In this document: positions 37,786-47,033 of the stretch, piece by piece
How the letters are laid out: each line of letters begins with the position of its first letter
Numbering within the stretch: the stretch's first letter is position 1
Source: Chloroflexota bacterium
GTDB lineage: Bacteria > Chloroflexota > Limnocylindria > Limnocylindrales > CSP1-4
Direction of reading: 5' to 3'
Assembly: GCA_027364875.1 (NCBI GenBank)
Contig: DAHXON010000002.1
Coordinates: 25,192-89,191 of the forward strand
Length of the DNA stretch: 64,000 nucleotides
Notes under the pieces: model-generated
What the model was told of the DNA's origin: nothing
The model's database searches: none
The model's input: the letters and a program-made list of their open reading frames with translations, nothing else
Program-made: the position numbers and the translations under genes

Positions 37786-38773
37786 GCGTCATCTCCCTCT
37801 GGAATCTGGCCGCGGCGAGCATGGCAGCACCGGTGGCGGCCGCGTAGGGACCGATCGAATCCATTACGAGTTGTGGAAGCCGCCGCGCTGGCGCGAACGA
37901 CCAGCGGTTCTTCATCTCCTCGACCGCGGCCGGGAGGAGCCATGAGCTCGTGGCGTGGCCGAAGCTGCCGCCGATGATGACCGTGTCCGGATCGAGCACG
38001 ACCGACAGCACCGAGATCGCCCGGCCCAGCATCGTGCCGGCCACCCTGAGCAGGTCGGCAGCCCATGGATCGCCCCGCTCCGCCGCGGTGACTATCTGGG
38101 GAGACGCGTAGGGCGGGGTGGCTCCCAACTCGGCGAGCATGGCGCGGCTATCCGGCGGCGGCGGGCGAAGCTCGGCCATCTCGCTGATACCGCGGCCGCA
38201 GGAGAAGTTCTCGACACAGCCCCTGTTCCCGCATACGCACCTGCGCTCGTCGGCGAAGTCGACGATGACGTGGCCCAGTTCGGACGCCAGGCCGTGATCG
38301 CCCACTACGATGGTGTCGTCGACCATGAACGCGCCGCCGACGCCGGTGCCGAGCGTGAGGAGAAGGGTCACCCGACTGCCTACCGAATCGTCGGGGCGAA
38401 CCCCTGCGTGCTTGACGTGGCCGTAGAGGGTGGCGTTTGCGTCATTCACGACGAGCACAGGGCGGCCGAGCCGGGGCCGGAGCTGTCCGGCAAGGTCGAG
38501 ATAGCCCTCGCCGAGCATCCGGGACTGGACCAGCGTGGCACCGTCGTTGCTCACCAGGCCGCATACTGCGATTCCATACGCCTGGACACTCTCCGGCGGC
38601 ACGTGCGCCTCCGCCATCAAGCCGCGTGTCGATGCCAGCACGGTGTCGGCGAGCTTGCCCTTCCACGCACCCTGATGCTCCCGCCAGTGGGTGCCCAGAA
38701 CGGACCCCCCTTCGTCGATGAGGGCGGACGCGCTCTTGGATGCCCCAACGTCCACACCCACGAAGTAGCTCAT
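37778..38773 (-). CDS. ROK-family sugar kinase (no N-terminal HTH)
   Basis: ATG 38773 within ORF 37778..39253 (ATGA overlap with the upstream stop). MSYFVGVDVGASKS, LGTGVGGA, HVIVDFADERRCVCGNRGCVENF (ROK zinc motif). Confidence 0.85.
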   Translation of the reverse strand: MSYFVGVDVGASKSASALIDEGGSVLGTHWREHQGAWKGKLADTVLASTRGLMAEAHVPPESVQAYGIAVCGLVSNDGATLVQSRMLGEGYLDLAGQLRPRLGRPVLVVNDANATLYGHVKHAGVRPDDSVGSRVTLLLTLGTGVGGAFMVDDTIVVGDHGLASELGHVIVDFADERRCVCGNRGCVENFSCGRGISEMAELRPPPPDSRAMLAELGATPPYASPQIVTAAERGDPWAADLLRVAGTMLGRAISVLSVVLDPDTVIIGGSFGHATSSWLLPAAVEEMKNRWSFAPARRLPQLVMDSIGPYAAATGAAMLAAARFQREMTRD

Positions 38774-39600
38774 CGGTGCTCCACCATCGGGGCGGCCTTC
38801 TGAGCGACGAACTGGGCGATGGAGCTGCGGGCGAGGGCCCAATGGCCCGCAGGGTCCTCGTCGACCGAGGGAAGCGTTACCAGGCTCGAGCCGGAGATAC
38901 GCGAATGCCACTCCTCGGCCACCGCGACCGGGTGCAACGGATCTTGCGAGGCCGCCAGTATCAACGAAGGTACGTTGCGCTCCACCTTCTCGCCGGCGCT
39001 GAAGGCCATCCAGAACGCTCCCCGGTCCAGCCGCATCAACCTTTCGGCCGAGCGTGGCTTTGTCACCTTCTCGCGAAGCGAGAGGGCGGCCCTTTCGGAC
39101 GCTGCCGCCGCGGCCTCGTACTCGTCCGTGGCAATCAGCCTGGCGAGCGCGGTCGATGGGTCTTCGAGCAGGTACGAGGCGATCAGGGCGTTGACCCGCA
39201 GGTGCGGCGGCGGGACTGCCGAATGAGCCGGCCGGACGAAGACGGCCCCGCACACTTCGAGCGTCGCGTCCCGCAGGAGCTGAAGTGCCACGGTAGCGCC
39301 GAGCGACACCCCCATGAGGCAGATCGGCCTGGAAGCCAGGCCGAGACGGCGGAGCAGCGCCGTCACGTCGTCAGCAAGCTGGACCGGGCCGAAGTCCTCG
39401 GGACGGCCCAGGAACTCGGTGTCGCCGTGTCCGCGCAGGTCCGGAGCGAGCGTGCCGAACTCCGGCGAGTCGGAATCCTCGAGGTACCGCAGCGGCTGAG
39501 CTCTGGTCCCCGTCAGGCCGTGGAGGCCGACGATGAGCCCGGGCCTCTCCGGATGCAGGAGCGAGAAGGCGGCAACGTCCGCGTACTCAGGCATCCCCAC
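38770..39600 (-). CDS. alpha/beta-fold hydrolase
   Basis: ORF 38770..39600. GLHGLTG, PDLRGHGDT, nucleophile elbow LMGVSLGA. Confidence 0.8.
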   Translation of the reverse strand: MGMPEYADVAAFSLLHPERPGLIVGLHGLTGTRAQPLRYLEDSDSPEFGTLAPDLRGHGDTEFLGRPEDFGPVQLADDVTALLRRLGLASRPICLMGVSLGATVALQLLRDATLEVCGAVFVRPAHSAVPPPHLRVNALIASYLLEDPSTALARLIATDEYEAAAAASERAALSLREKVTKPRSAERLMRLDRGAFWMAFSAGEKVERNVPSLILAASQDPLHPVAVAEEWHSRISGSSLVTLPSVDEDPAGHWALARSSIAQFVAQKAAPMVEHR

Positions 39601-40573
39601 CGCCCCAACGCCGGGATCCCGGCTGGCGTCCCAGCAGATCCTCTATCTCGGCGAGCGTCGGCATCGCGGTCGCGCATTCGCGCCTTCCCGCGACCAGGGC
39701 GCCCGCGGCTCCCGCGAAACTGAGCATCTCCTCGAGGCCCATCCCGGTCAGGAGCCCGTGGCAGAGGGCTCCGCCGAAGGCATCCCCGGCACCGAGGCCG
39801 TTGACCACTTCTACCCTTACCGGAGCCGCGACTGCTTGCTGATCGCGCGTCCTGGCCATGACACCGGCGGACCCCATCTTGACCACCGCAAGTTCCACGC
39901 CCGCCGCTATCAGGGCATCGGCAGCCTTCTCCGGCTCTGACTCACCCACCACGATCTGGCATTCCTGCAGGTTCCCGACGGCCACGCTTACCTGCTCGAG
40001 CGCTCGACGGCCTTCCAGGCCCGCCGCCTGCTCCGACGCCCAGAACGACGGCCTGTAGTCGAGATCCAGCACCGTGAAAGGCCGCCGGTTGCGGGTGCGC
40101 CAGGCCGCATAGTGGGCAGCGCGCGCGGGCTCCGCGGATATGCCCGACAGCGTCGACCAGTAGACGCCCGCCTGCTCCACCGCTGCCAGGTCGAGCTCGC
40201 GCGGCTCGATCAAGAGTTCGGGCGATGGCGAGTCACGCCAGTAGTAGAGCGGGAAGTTGTCGGGCGGGAGTATCTCGCAGAAGGCGATCGTCGTCCGCTT
40301 TCCGGGCACGTCGACGACGTAGTCTGCCCGCACACCCAGGCGGACCAGCTCGTCGCGTACGAAACGGGCGAACGGATCGGACCCGGTGCGCGTTATCAGC
40401 GCCGCCGAATGCCCGAGTCTCGCCGCGGCCACGGCCACGTTGGCGGAGCTACCCCCGAGATATCGCCCGAACGAATCGACTCGGTCCAGGGTGACCCCGT
40501 CGAGGAACGGATACAGGTCGATTCCGACCCGCCCGATGGTCAGGACGTCCAGCTGGACCGGCGGCTCAACCAC
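39587..40573 (-). CDS. iolC: PfkB-family 5-dehydro-2-deoxygluconokinase
   Basis: ORF 39587..40636. GTG 40573 (8-nt overlap with the tkt stop) is preferred over ATG 40636. LTIGRVGIDLYP, GGSSANVAVAAARLG, FCEILPP, LDLDYRPSFW, GLGAGDAFGGA, AMPTLAEIEDLL; parallels my recollection of B. subtilis IolC. Confidence 0.85.
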   Translation of the reverse strand: MVEPPVQLDVLTIGRVGIDLYPFLDGVTLDRVDSFGRYLGGSSANVAVAAARLGHSAALITRTGSDPFARFVRDELVRLGVRADYVVDVPGKRTTIAFCEILPPDNFPLYYWRDSPSPELLIEPRELDLAAVEQAGVYWSTLSGISAEPARAAHYAAWRTRNRRPFTVLDLDYRPSFWASEQAAGLEGRRALEQVSVAVGNLQECQIVVGESEPEKAADALIAAGVELAVVKMGSAGVMARTRDQQAVAAPVRVEVVNGLGAGDAFGGALCHGLLTGMGLEEMLSFAGAAGALVAGRRECATAMPTLAEIEDLLGRQPGSRRWGGGDA

Positions 40574-42620
40574 GGCTGCCCGCGGCCTCGGCCGAAGCCT
40601 GCGGACGGCGCGACCGCGCCACGCGTTCCGCGGCATCGGCGACCTGCTCGGCCGTGAAGCCGTACTCGCGCAGCAGAACGTCGGGTGGCGCCGAAGCTCC
40701 GAATCGGGATATGCCGTAGACCTCGCCGTCGGCTCCGGCCAGCTGCCAGAGGGATTGCGGATGAGCGGCTTCGACCACGAGCCGGGGCCGGCCCGGAGCG
40801 AGGATTGCGTCGCGGTAGCTCAGGGGCTGCGCGAGGAAGACTTCCTGGGAGGGCATCGACAGAACCTGCGCGACGATGCCTCGCTCGGCAAGGAGCTCGG
40901 CCGCTCCTACCGCCAGCGAGACCTCGGACCCGGATGCCACGATGTCCATGTCCGGATCTACCCCGTCCGGGGCCGGTCGCAGGAGGTATCCGCCTCGCCG
41001 GGCATCGCCGACCTGGCGCGACCGGTCGAGACGTGGCAGCGCGCTGCGCGACATGATCAAGGCGGATGGACCCGAACGATTGCTGAGCGCCATCGCCCAG
41101 CAAGTGATTGCCTCGGCGCCGTCCCCGGGCCGCAGGACCAGCGTGTTGGGCGTGGCCCGAAGCATGGCCAGCTGCTCTATCGACTGGTGCGTGGGTCCAT
41201 CCTCACCCACCGTGATGCTGTCGTGGGTGAAAACGTGGATGACCGGCAGCCCCTGGAGGGCAGCCATTCTCAGGGCGTTGGCCTGGTAGCTGGCGAACAC
41301 GAGGAACGTGCTGGTGAACGGCCGGAAGAGACCGTGCAGCGCAATGCCGTTCGCGATGGCGCCCATTGCGTGCTCTCGCACGCCGAAGCGGATGTTTCGG
41401 CCGGATCGATCCTCGGCCGAGTAGTCACCGCCGCCGCCAAGGTACGAGATCGTCGCGGCAACCAGGTCCGCCGCCCCGCCCACCAGTTCGGGACGAGCCT
41501 CGCACAATGCGTTGAGGATGCGACCACTGGTGAAGCGAGCTGCCTCAGGTTCCGCCAGCGGCTCGACGAGCCTGAGAATCTGCTCGTCGCTTACGGGCTC
41601 GGGCGACTGCCACCGTTCGAACTGGGCGACCGTCTCGGGTTGCGCCGCCCTTGCGGCCTCGAGCCGCTTGTCCCAGTCCGCATGGGCTGCCGATCCCCTT
41701 CGCGCGAAGCTCGTCCAGAACTCGCGCACATCAGCCGGCGGCCCGAAGGGCTCGAGGAATTCCTCACCGAGGATTGTCTTGATCCTGCGGGCTTCGGCCT
41801 CGTCGAGGGCGCCTCCGTGGATCTTCGACGTGCCCGCGAAGGTCGATCCGTAGCCGATGGTCGTCACGACACGGATGAGTGACGGCTGGTCGGTTACGTC
41901 TATGGCCCGCTGCGTTGCGGCGGCGATGGCCTCCACGTCGTTCCCGTCGATCGGCGCAGAGACGTGCCAGCCGTAGGCCCGCAGCGCGCCGCACACAGCG
42001 TCCGAGCTGTGGGTCGCTGCTGCCGGCGTGTCGATGACTACGCCGTTGTCGTCGTAGTAGACGACGAGTCTGCCGAGCTTGAGCACGCCGGCGAGAGCTG
42101 CGGCCTCGAGCGCAACGCCCTCCATGAGGTCGCCATCCGACACGAGAGCGAACGTCCGGTGATCTATGAGCGAACCGCCCACGCACTCGAGCCGTGCCCG
42201 CGCCATCGTCTCCGCGATTGCCATCCCGACCGCATTGGCCAGACCCTGGCCCAGTGGGCCGGTGGTCGCGTCGACGCCGGGAGTGCGTCCGTGTTCAGGA
42301 TGGCCCGGCGTTTTGCTTCCCCACTGCCGGAACCCGCGCAGGTCGTCGAGGGCGACGTCGTAGCCGGCCACGTGCAGCAAGGCATAGAGCAGTGAGGAGC
42401 CATGTCCCGCCGAAAGTACGAAGCGATCTCGATTCACCCAGTCGGGCCGGTCTGGGTCCGAGACGAGGAAGCGGCTGAAGAGGGTGTGGACGATCGGCGC
42501 TGCCCCCAGGGCCATTCCGGGGTGTCCGCTCCTGGCGGTCTGGACCTGGTCGAGCGCGAGACTGCGGAGGGTCGCGACGGACCTGGCATCTGCAACGGAC
42601 ATGACTGGCTCGCTGGACAC
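40566..42620 (-). CDS. tkt: transketolase
   Basis: ORF 40566..42620, 684 aa. SGHPGMALGAAPI, LSAGHGSSLLYALLH, GHPE, TTGPLGQGLANAVGMA, DGDLMEGV, THDSITVGEDGPTHQ. Confidence 0.95.
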   Translation of the reverse strand: MSSEPVMSVADARSVATLRSLALDQVQTARSGHPGMALGAAPIVHTLFSRFLVSDPDRPDWVNRDRFVLSAGHGSSLLYALLHVAGYDVALDDLRGFRQWGSKTPGHPEHGRTPGVDATTGPLGQGLANAVGMAIAETMARARLECVGGSLIDHRTFALVSDGDLMEGVALEAAALAGVLKLGRLVVYYDDNGVVIDTPAAATHSSDAVCGALRAYGWHVSAPIDGNDVEAIAAATQRAIDVTDQPSLIRVVTTIGYGSTFAGTSKIHGGALDEAEARRIKTILGEEFLEPFGPPADVREFWTSFARRGSAAHADWDKRLEAARAAQPETVAQFERWQSPEPVSDEQILRLVEPLAEPEAARFTSGRILNALCEARPELVGGAADLVAATISYLGGGGDYSAEDRSGRNIRFGVREHAMGAIANGIALHGLFRPFTSTFLVFASYQANALRMAALQGLPVIHVFTHDSITVGEDGPTHQSIEQLAMLRATPNTLVLRPGDGAEAITCWAMALSNRSGPSALIMSRSALPRLDRSRQVGDARRGGYLLRPAPDGVDPDMDIVASGSEVSLAVGAAELLAERGIVAQVLSMPSQEVFLAQPLSYRDAILAPGRPRLVVEAAHPQSLWQLAGADGEVYGISRFGASAPPDVLLREYGFTAEQVADAAERVARSRRPQASAEAAGSRG

Positions 42621-42790
42621 TCGCGCTTTCTCCTAGTTTCATGACCGGTCGCGACCGCCAATGTCGCCTGCCGACACGCTGCCCGCGGGTTCTCGCGCTT
42701 CCTTGCGAGGGGGTTTGGAGACGGAATCGAGACGCGGATGGTAGGCTGGCTTCGCCCTGAACGTCTTCTATGATGCCACGTTTCCATCGA

Positions 42791-42816
42791 GAGAAACGCT
42801 TCGCGTAACGTTTCTC
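42791..42816. promoter_or_regulatory. 26-bp bipartite LacI-type operator, site d
   Basis: gagaaacgcttcgcgtaacgtttctc (itself a near-perfect 26-bp palindrome). Lies 171 nt upstream of tkt and 18 nt upstream of the divergent EamA-like gene. Confidence 0.6.
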
Positions 42817-42833
42817 GCAGCTCCGGTTGCCCG

Positions 42834-43903
42834 GTGACCATCCGAGAACCAGCGATCCCGCACGCCGACGCCGCTCCGGTCGCCGTTTCGGCCCGGGACG
42901 AGATCCGTGTGCCTTCGGCCGACATACTGCTCATGGGAGCGACCCTGCTCTGGTCGCTGAACACTCCCGCGGTCAAGGTCGGGGGGCCGAGATCAGCCCT
43001 CTCGCAATCCCGGTAATCCGGTTCGGGCTTGGCAGCCTGGCGCTATTCGCGATCGTGAAGATTCGCGAGGGTACGCTCGGGATCGAACTGCGAGACCTGC
43101 CGCTGCTGACGCTCTGCGGCGTCCTGGGGGTGACCGTCAACCAGGCCTGCTTCGTCTATGCCCTTACCAATACCGGTGCCAGCGATGTGGCCTTCCTTTT
43201 CGCGACCGGCCCTCTCATCACATCCATCCTGGCTACGGCCGTCGGCCTCGAGCGGCTGGGGCGACGCCACTGGTTGGGGGTTCTGGCGGGGCTCACAGGG
43301 ATCGCCCTGATCGTCGGGGGCCGGACCGGCGCGGGGGTCGGCACCGATCTGCTGGGCGCAATTCTTGCGATCGCCGCGGTCGTCTCGTCGAGCGCGTCGG
43401 CCCTGCCGATCCGGCACCTGCTGGGCAGGTATTCGGCCTGGCGGATCCTGGCCTATGAGCTGGGGATCGGCAGCCTGATCCTCGTGCCGTTCGCGGTCCC
43501 CTCGCTTGCGTCGCAAGACTTCGGACGGGTGTCGCCGGCCGCCTGGACCGCCCTCGCCTACACGGTGGTCTTCACCGGGGTGGTGGCCAACATTCTGTAC
43601 TTCACGGCCATCGGTAGGGTCGGCCCGTCACGAGCATCCATGTTCGGCTACCTGCAATCCGTGCTGGCCGTGGCGTTCGCGGTCATCCTGCTCGGCGAGC
43701 GAGTGATGCCCCTGCAGCTCGTTGGCGGGCTGATCGTCATCGGAAGCGTCATTCTCAGCCGGAGGGAGAAACCGTTGCCAGGGCAGCGCCTGCTACGGAA
43801 GGGCGATCTCTTCACCGATCCGCCGGCCGGGCGGTTGGCCGCGGCGACCGGCCGCGTGTCCCGGCTGCGCGACCGGGGACGGAGGCGAATTCCGGGCCCT
43901 TGA
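42834..43903 (+). pseudogene. EamA/DMT-family transporter with an apparent -1 frameshift in a G6 run
   Basis: ORF 42834..43016 encodes TM1 (ILLMGATLLWSLNTPAVKVGG). ORF 42827..43903 continues with AEISPLAIPVIRFGLGSLALFAI and the rest of the fold. The frames switch at GGGGGG 42981-42986; one extra G would give ...AVKVGGAEISPL... Confidence 0.65.
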
Positions 43904-43919
43904 TTGCCCGTCCGTCCGC

Positions 43920-44849
43920 TCAGCTCTCCCTCAGATATGGCAGGCGTGGATCGATGGCCTCGCCCTCGAATGTGGTCCGGACCCACGCATGTGCCGGATC
44001 CTCGCATACCAGCCAATCGCGTCTGCCGGACGGCCCGGCCATTACGTTCAGGAAGTAGAGGTCGCTGCCTGGTGACGCGATCGTCGGACCGTGGTAGGCG
44101 TAGGGACAGAGGCAGACGTCTCCAGTCCGAACGGGGACCGTGTAGTCGAGCTCGCGGTCCTCGGACGAGTAGGCGCGCATGAACCCGATCGGATCCGCGG
44201 CCGGGCGCGACTGGAGGCCGCGGCTCGTCGACGTCTCGAAGTAGTAGATCTCCTCGAGCGCCGTTTCCAGCCCCGCGAGATCGCGGTCGTGCTTGTGCGG
44301 TGGGAACGACGACCAGTTCATCCCGGGCGTGATGACCTCGACCACCATGAAACGCGAGGCCGCCAGGTTGGCGGGCGTGCCGAAGTTGTGAACCTGGCGG
44401 CTGTTCCGGCCACTGCCGCGAAGCTCGATCTTGATCGACTCGCGAGGCACGTAGATGGCCGGCAGAGCTTCCGGCGTAGGTGCCTCGGCGACGGCCACTC
44501 GTCCGCTGCCGCCGATCTCCGCCTCGCAGAAGGCGCCCAGGTACAGGACGTCGGAGGGACCCTTGAAGACGGATTCGCGCCCTTCGAGGTCTCGCGTTGC
44601 GAGCGGCTTCCCTCGTTCGCGATAGCTCACAGAGAACGATCCGGCCAGAGGCACTACGAGGCGCTCGGTCGGCGAGGCCGGAAGAGTTCGCTTGTCTCCG
44701 GGGCCCAGATTGGCGACTCGAAGGCCGGTCCACCGCCAACCCTTGATGCTGGCGTCGACGATCGTCTCCCAGCCGTCGCGTGCCAGGTCGCCGGCGACGA
44801 AAGTCCAGCGTCCTCGCGCGCTGCCGGAAGTGCCGCGTTCCTCGATCAC
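43920..44849 (-). CDS. iolB: 5-deoxy-glucuronate isomerase
   Basis: ORF 43920..44849. NWSSFPPHKHD, EEIYYFE, YFLNVMAGP and DPAHAW match my recollection of B. subtilis IolB (NWSSYPPHKHD, YYLNVMAGP, DPAHEW). Confidence 0.9.
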   Translation of the reverse strand: MIEERGTSGSARGRWTFVAGDLARDGWETIVDASIKGWRWTGLRVANLGPGDKRTLPASPTERLVVPLAGSFSVSYRERGKPLATRDLEGRESVFKGPSDVLYLGAFCEAEIGGSGRVAVAEAPTPEALPAIYVPRESIKIELRGSGRNSRQVHNFGTPANLAASRFMVVEVITPGMNWSSFPPHKHDRDLAGLETALEEIYYFETSTSRGLQSRPAADPIGFMRAYSSEDRELDYTVPVRTGDVCLCPYAYHGPTIASPGSDLYFLNVMAGPSGRRDWLVCEDPAHAWVRTTFEGEAIDPRLPYLRES

Positions 44850-44910
44850 GATTCGCTCCTCGGTGTGCCCTTGCGTTGCTCGTGGCCGGGTCCGCCCGGC
44901 GCGTCATTTC

Positions 44911-45834
44911 TCATCGCTCGTGGACCAGTCGGGCGGCGATGTCGACATTAGCGGCGACGTCGCCGTCATTCGGGTAGAGCATGCTGCGCCCGACCACCAG
45001 CCCTCTGACTCCGGGCAGGTGGAGTGCGTCCGCCCAGGTTGCGTATGTCCGCTCGGGATCGCTGGGCGAGTCGCCGCCGAGCAGTAGCATCGGCAAGGTG
45101 GTCGCCGCGACTACACGCTCCATCTCCGCTACGACCGGGATCTTCAACCAGGTGAAGGCCGAGCTGCCGCCGAGGCCGCTCGAGATGGCCACCGAGTGAG
45201 CGACCGAGGCCGCGTCCAGGGACGTCCTGAGCTTGCCGTCGACCCAGCTGGCCATGAATGGCTCGATGAGCATCCTCATCCCCGCTTCGGCCGCCGCGTC
45301 GACGAGGGCAGCTGTCCTCTCGAGCGCGCCGGCGGTCCGTTCGTCCTCCAGGCAGATCCGCAGCAGGACCTTCCCACCGTCCAGTCCCGATCGAACCAGG
45401 GACGCGACGTCGTAGCCTGTCAGCCGATCGTCGATCTCGAAGCTCGAGCCGGCGAGGCCGCCGCGGTTGACGGCCCCGATGGCCAGCTTGTCGTCAAGCG
45501 CGCCGACGATCGCGAGATCCTCGAGAATGTCGGACGTGGCCAGGACCCCATCGACTCCGGGCCGCGACAGGGCGACCACCAGGCGTCGGAGCAGCTCGCC
45601 CCGATCCGACATCACGTCGCCTTGGGACCCTACGGTGAAGACACCGCGCGCCGTATGATCCGCGGCCACGATGAGCAGCCGGCCGTCGCCGCGTACGAAT
45701 GGGCGTCGGGCTCGTGCCTGGAGAAGTCGACGAATGGTTTCCGGCCGTTCGACGCGGGTCGTGCGAATGAGGTCCAGGTCCACGCCAGGTGGCCTGCTGG
45801 CGACCCCTCCCGCCGGATCTGAGGGCACCGTCAA
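44911..45834 (-). CDS. class-I-aldolase-like (beta/alpha)8 protein (Cgl0159/DeoC-LacD-like); candidate 5-dehydro-2-deoxyphosphogluconate aldolase
   Basis: ORF 44911..45834. LLIVAADHTARG, GVDGVLAT, LKIPV, LLLGGD. Sits between iolB and an epimerase. Family assignment is from memory of iol clusters in actinobacteria. Confidence 0.65.
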   Translation of the reverse strand: MTVPSDPAGGVASRPPGVDLDLIRTTRVERPETIRRLLQARARRPFVRGDGRLLIVAADHTARGVFTVGSQGDVMSDRGELLRRLVVALSRPGVDGVLATSDILEDLAIVGALDDKLAIGAVNRGGLAGSSFEIDDRLTGYDVASLVRSGLDGGKVLLRICLEDERTAGALERTAALVDAAAEAGMRMLIEPFMASWVDGKLRTSLDAASVAHSVAISSGLGGSSAFTWLKIPVVAEMERVVAATTLPMLLLGGDSPSDPERTYATWADALHLPGVRGLVVGRSMLYPNDGDVAANVDIAARLVHER

Positions 45835-46868
45835 CTTGCATCCTCCATCAACTCGAACTCACGCTGGGCCTGGCCCAGTCCACGCTTCCAAACCTCGATC
45901 AGGCGGTCCCACCGGGCGTCCGTCGCGGCGTCGATCTCCTGCCTGGCGGGGTCGGCGTCGAACCACTCGATTGCCCACCGGATGCCCTCCGAGAAGGGCA
46001 CCGATGGACGGAAATCGGGCACGAGGCTACGCAACTTGCTCGTGTCGAAGATCGAGCTGACCGATCCGTCGCCGAGCAGGCGCCCGGAAATCTCCGGCAT
46101 GCACGCGGCGATGAAGTCGGATGTGACGTGGACGGGCGCCAGCTCGGCGCCGGCGGCCTCGGCCGTCTGTCGGTAGATCTCGTCCCAGCTCAACGCCTCG
46201 CTGGACATGATGTTGAAGGCCTGGCCCAGGGTCTGCTGGAGACCCAGCAGGCCAACGAGGCCAACCGCGAAATCCCGCCTGTGTGTGAGTGTCCAGAGCG
46301 ACGAACCGTCGCCGGGCACTATCACCGCTTTACCGGACCGCATCCGGGCGATCGACGTAAACGGGCGGGTCAGGCTACGGACGGCCAGCGGGATGGACTG
46401 CTCGCCGTAGGTGTGGGATGGCCGGACGATCGTGGCGGGCAACCCCTCCTCGCGGAAAGCGCGATTGACCCGGTCCTCGCAGGCGATCTTGTCTCGCGCG
46501 TATTGCCAGTAGGGATTCGAGAGCGGCCAGTCTTCGCGTATCGGCCAGCCGCGGAGGGGCTTCTGGTAGACCGTCGCGGAACTCACGAAGACGTACTGGC
46601 GGGTGCGGTCGCGGAACAGGCGGATGTCGCGCTCGATGTCGTCGGGCCGGAAGGCGATCCAGTCCACGACGGCGTCGAACCGGCGCCCGGCCAGGGCCTC
46701 CTTAGCCCCAGCCTCGTCGTGAATATCCGCCAGCAGCGTGGTCAGACCGAGCTTGTGGCTCGGGTGGCTGCCCCGGTTGAGGTGGAAGACCTCGATGCCA
46801 CGCGCCAGGGCCAGGTCGGTGCAAGCAGTACTGATCAGCCCCGTCCCACCCACGAAGAGGATCTTCAT
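45831..46868 (-). CDS. NAD-dependent epimerase/dehydratase (extended SDR)
   Basis: ORF 45831..46868. MKILFVGGTGLIS, YARDK (YxxxK). 4-nt overlap with the downstream aldolase-like gene. Confidence 0.9.
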   Translation of the reverse strand: MKILFVGGTGLISTACTDLALARGIEVFHLNRGSHPSHKLGLTTLLADIHDEAGAKEALAGRRFDAVVDWIAFRPDDIERDIRLFRDRTRQYVFVSSATVYQKPLRGWPIREDWPLSNPYWQYARDKIACEDRVNRAFREEGLPATIVRPSHTYGEQSIPLAVRSLTRPFTSIARMRSGKAVIVPGDGSSLWTLTHRRDFAVGLVGLLGLQQTLGQAFNIMSSEALSWDEIYRQTAEAAGAELAPVHVTSDFIAACMPEISGRLLGDGSVSSIFDTSKLRSLVPDFRPSVPFSEGIRWAIEWFDADPARQEIDAATDARWDRLIEVWKRGLGQAQREFELMEDAS

Positions 46869-46968
46869 GTTCCGTCCTCATCCTTCGGCCCGGCGCGGGG
46901 GGCAAACGTGGCGGGGATCGAGCTGGGCAACCACGGCGATCCGGGCGGTCCGGCTCGACTCCATCACA

Positions 46969-46994
46969 GTGTACCTACGCGCGAAACGTTTCGC
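46969..46994. promoter_or_regulatory. 26-bp bipartite LacI-type operator, site e (contains the perfect 14-bp palindrome gcgaaacgtttcgc at 46981-46994)
   Basis: gtgtacctacgcgcgaaacgtttcgc. Lies 101 nt upstream of the epimerase start. Confidence 0.6.
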
Positions 46995-47033
46995 TAATGG
47001 TTCCACGGGCGCGGCGCAGGCCCGGCCGACGCG

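Noticed and set aside
37778-38773. The ROK protein as the regulator that binds the repeated operator.
   Set aside because: The supported start (MSYFVGVDVGASKS) leaves no N-terminal winged-helix domain, so it looks like a ROK kinase. The palindrome shape fits the LacI family, and a LacI gene is present.
43648-44907. 419-aa ORF on the same strand as iolB.
   Set aside because: It has extreme Arg/Pro content and no motifs, and it lies out of frame with the strongly supported iolB (43920-44849).
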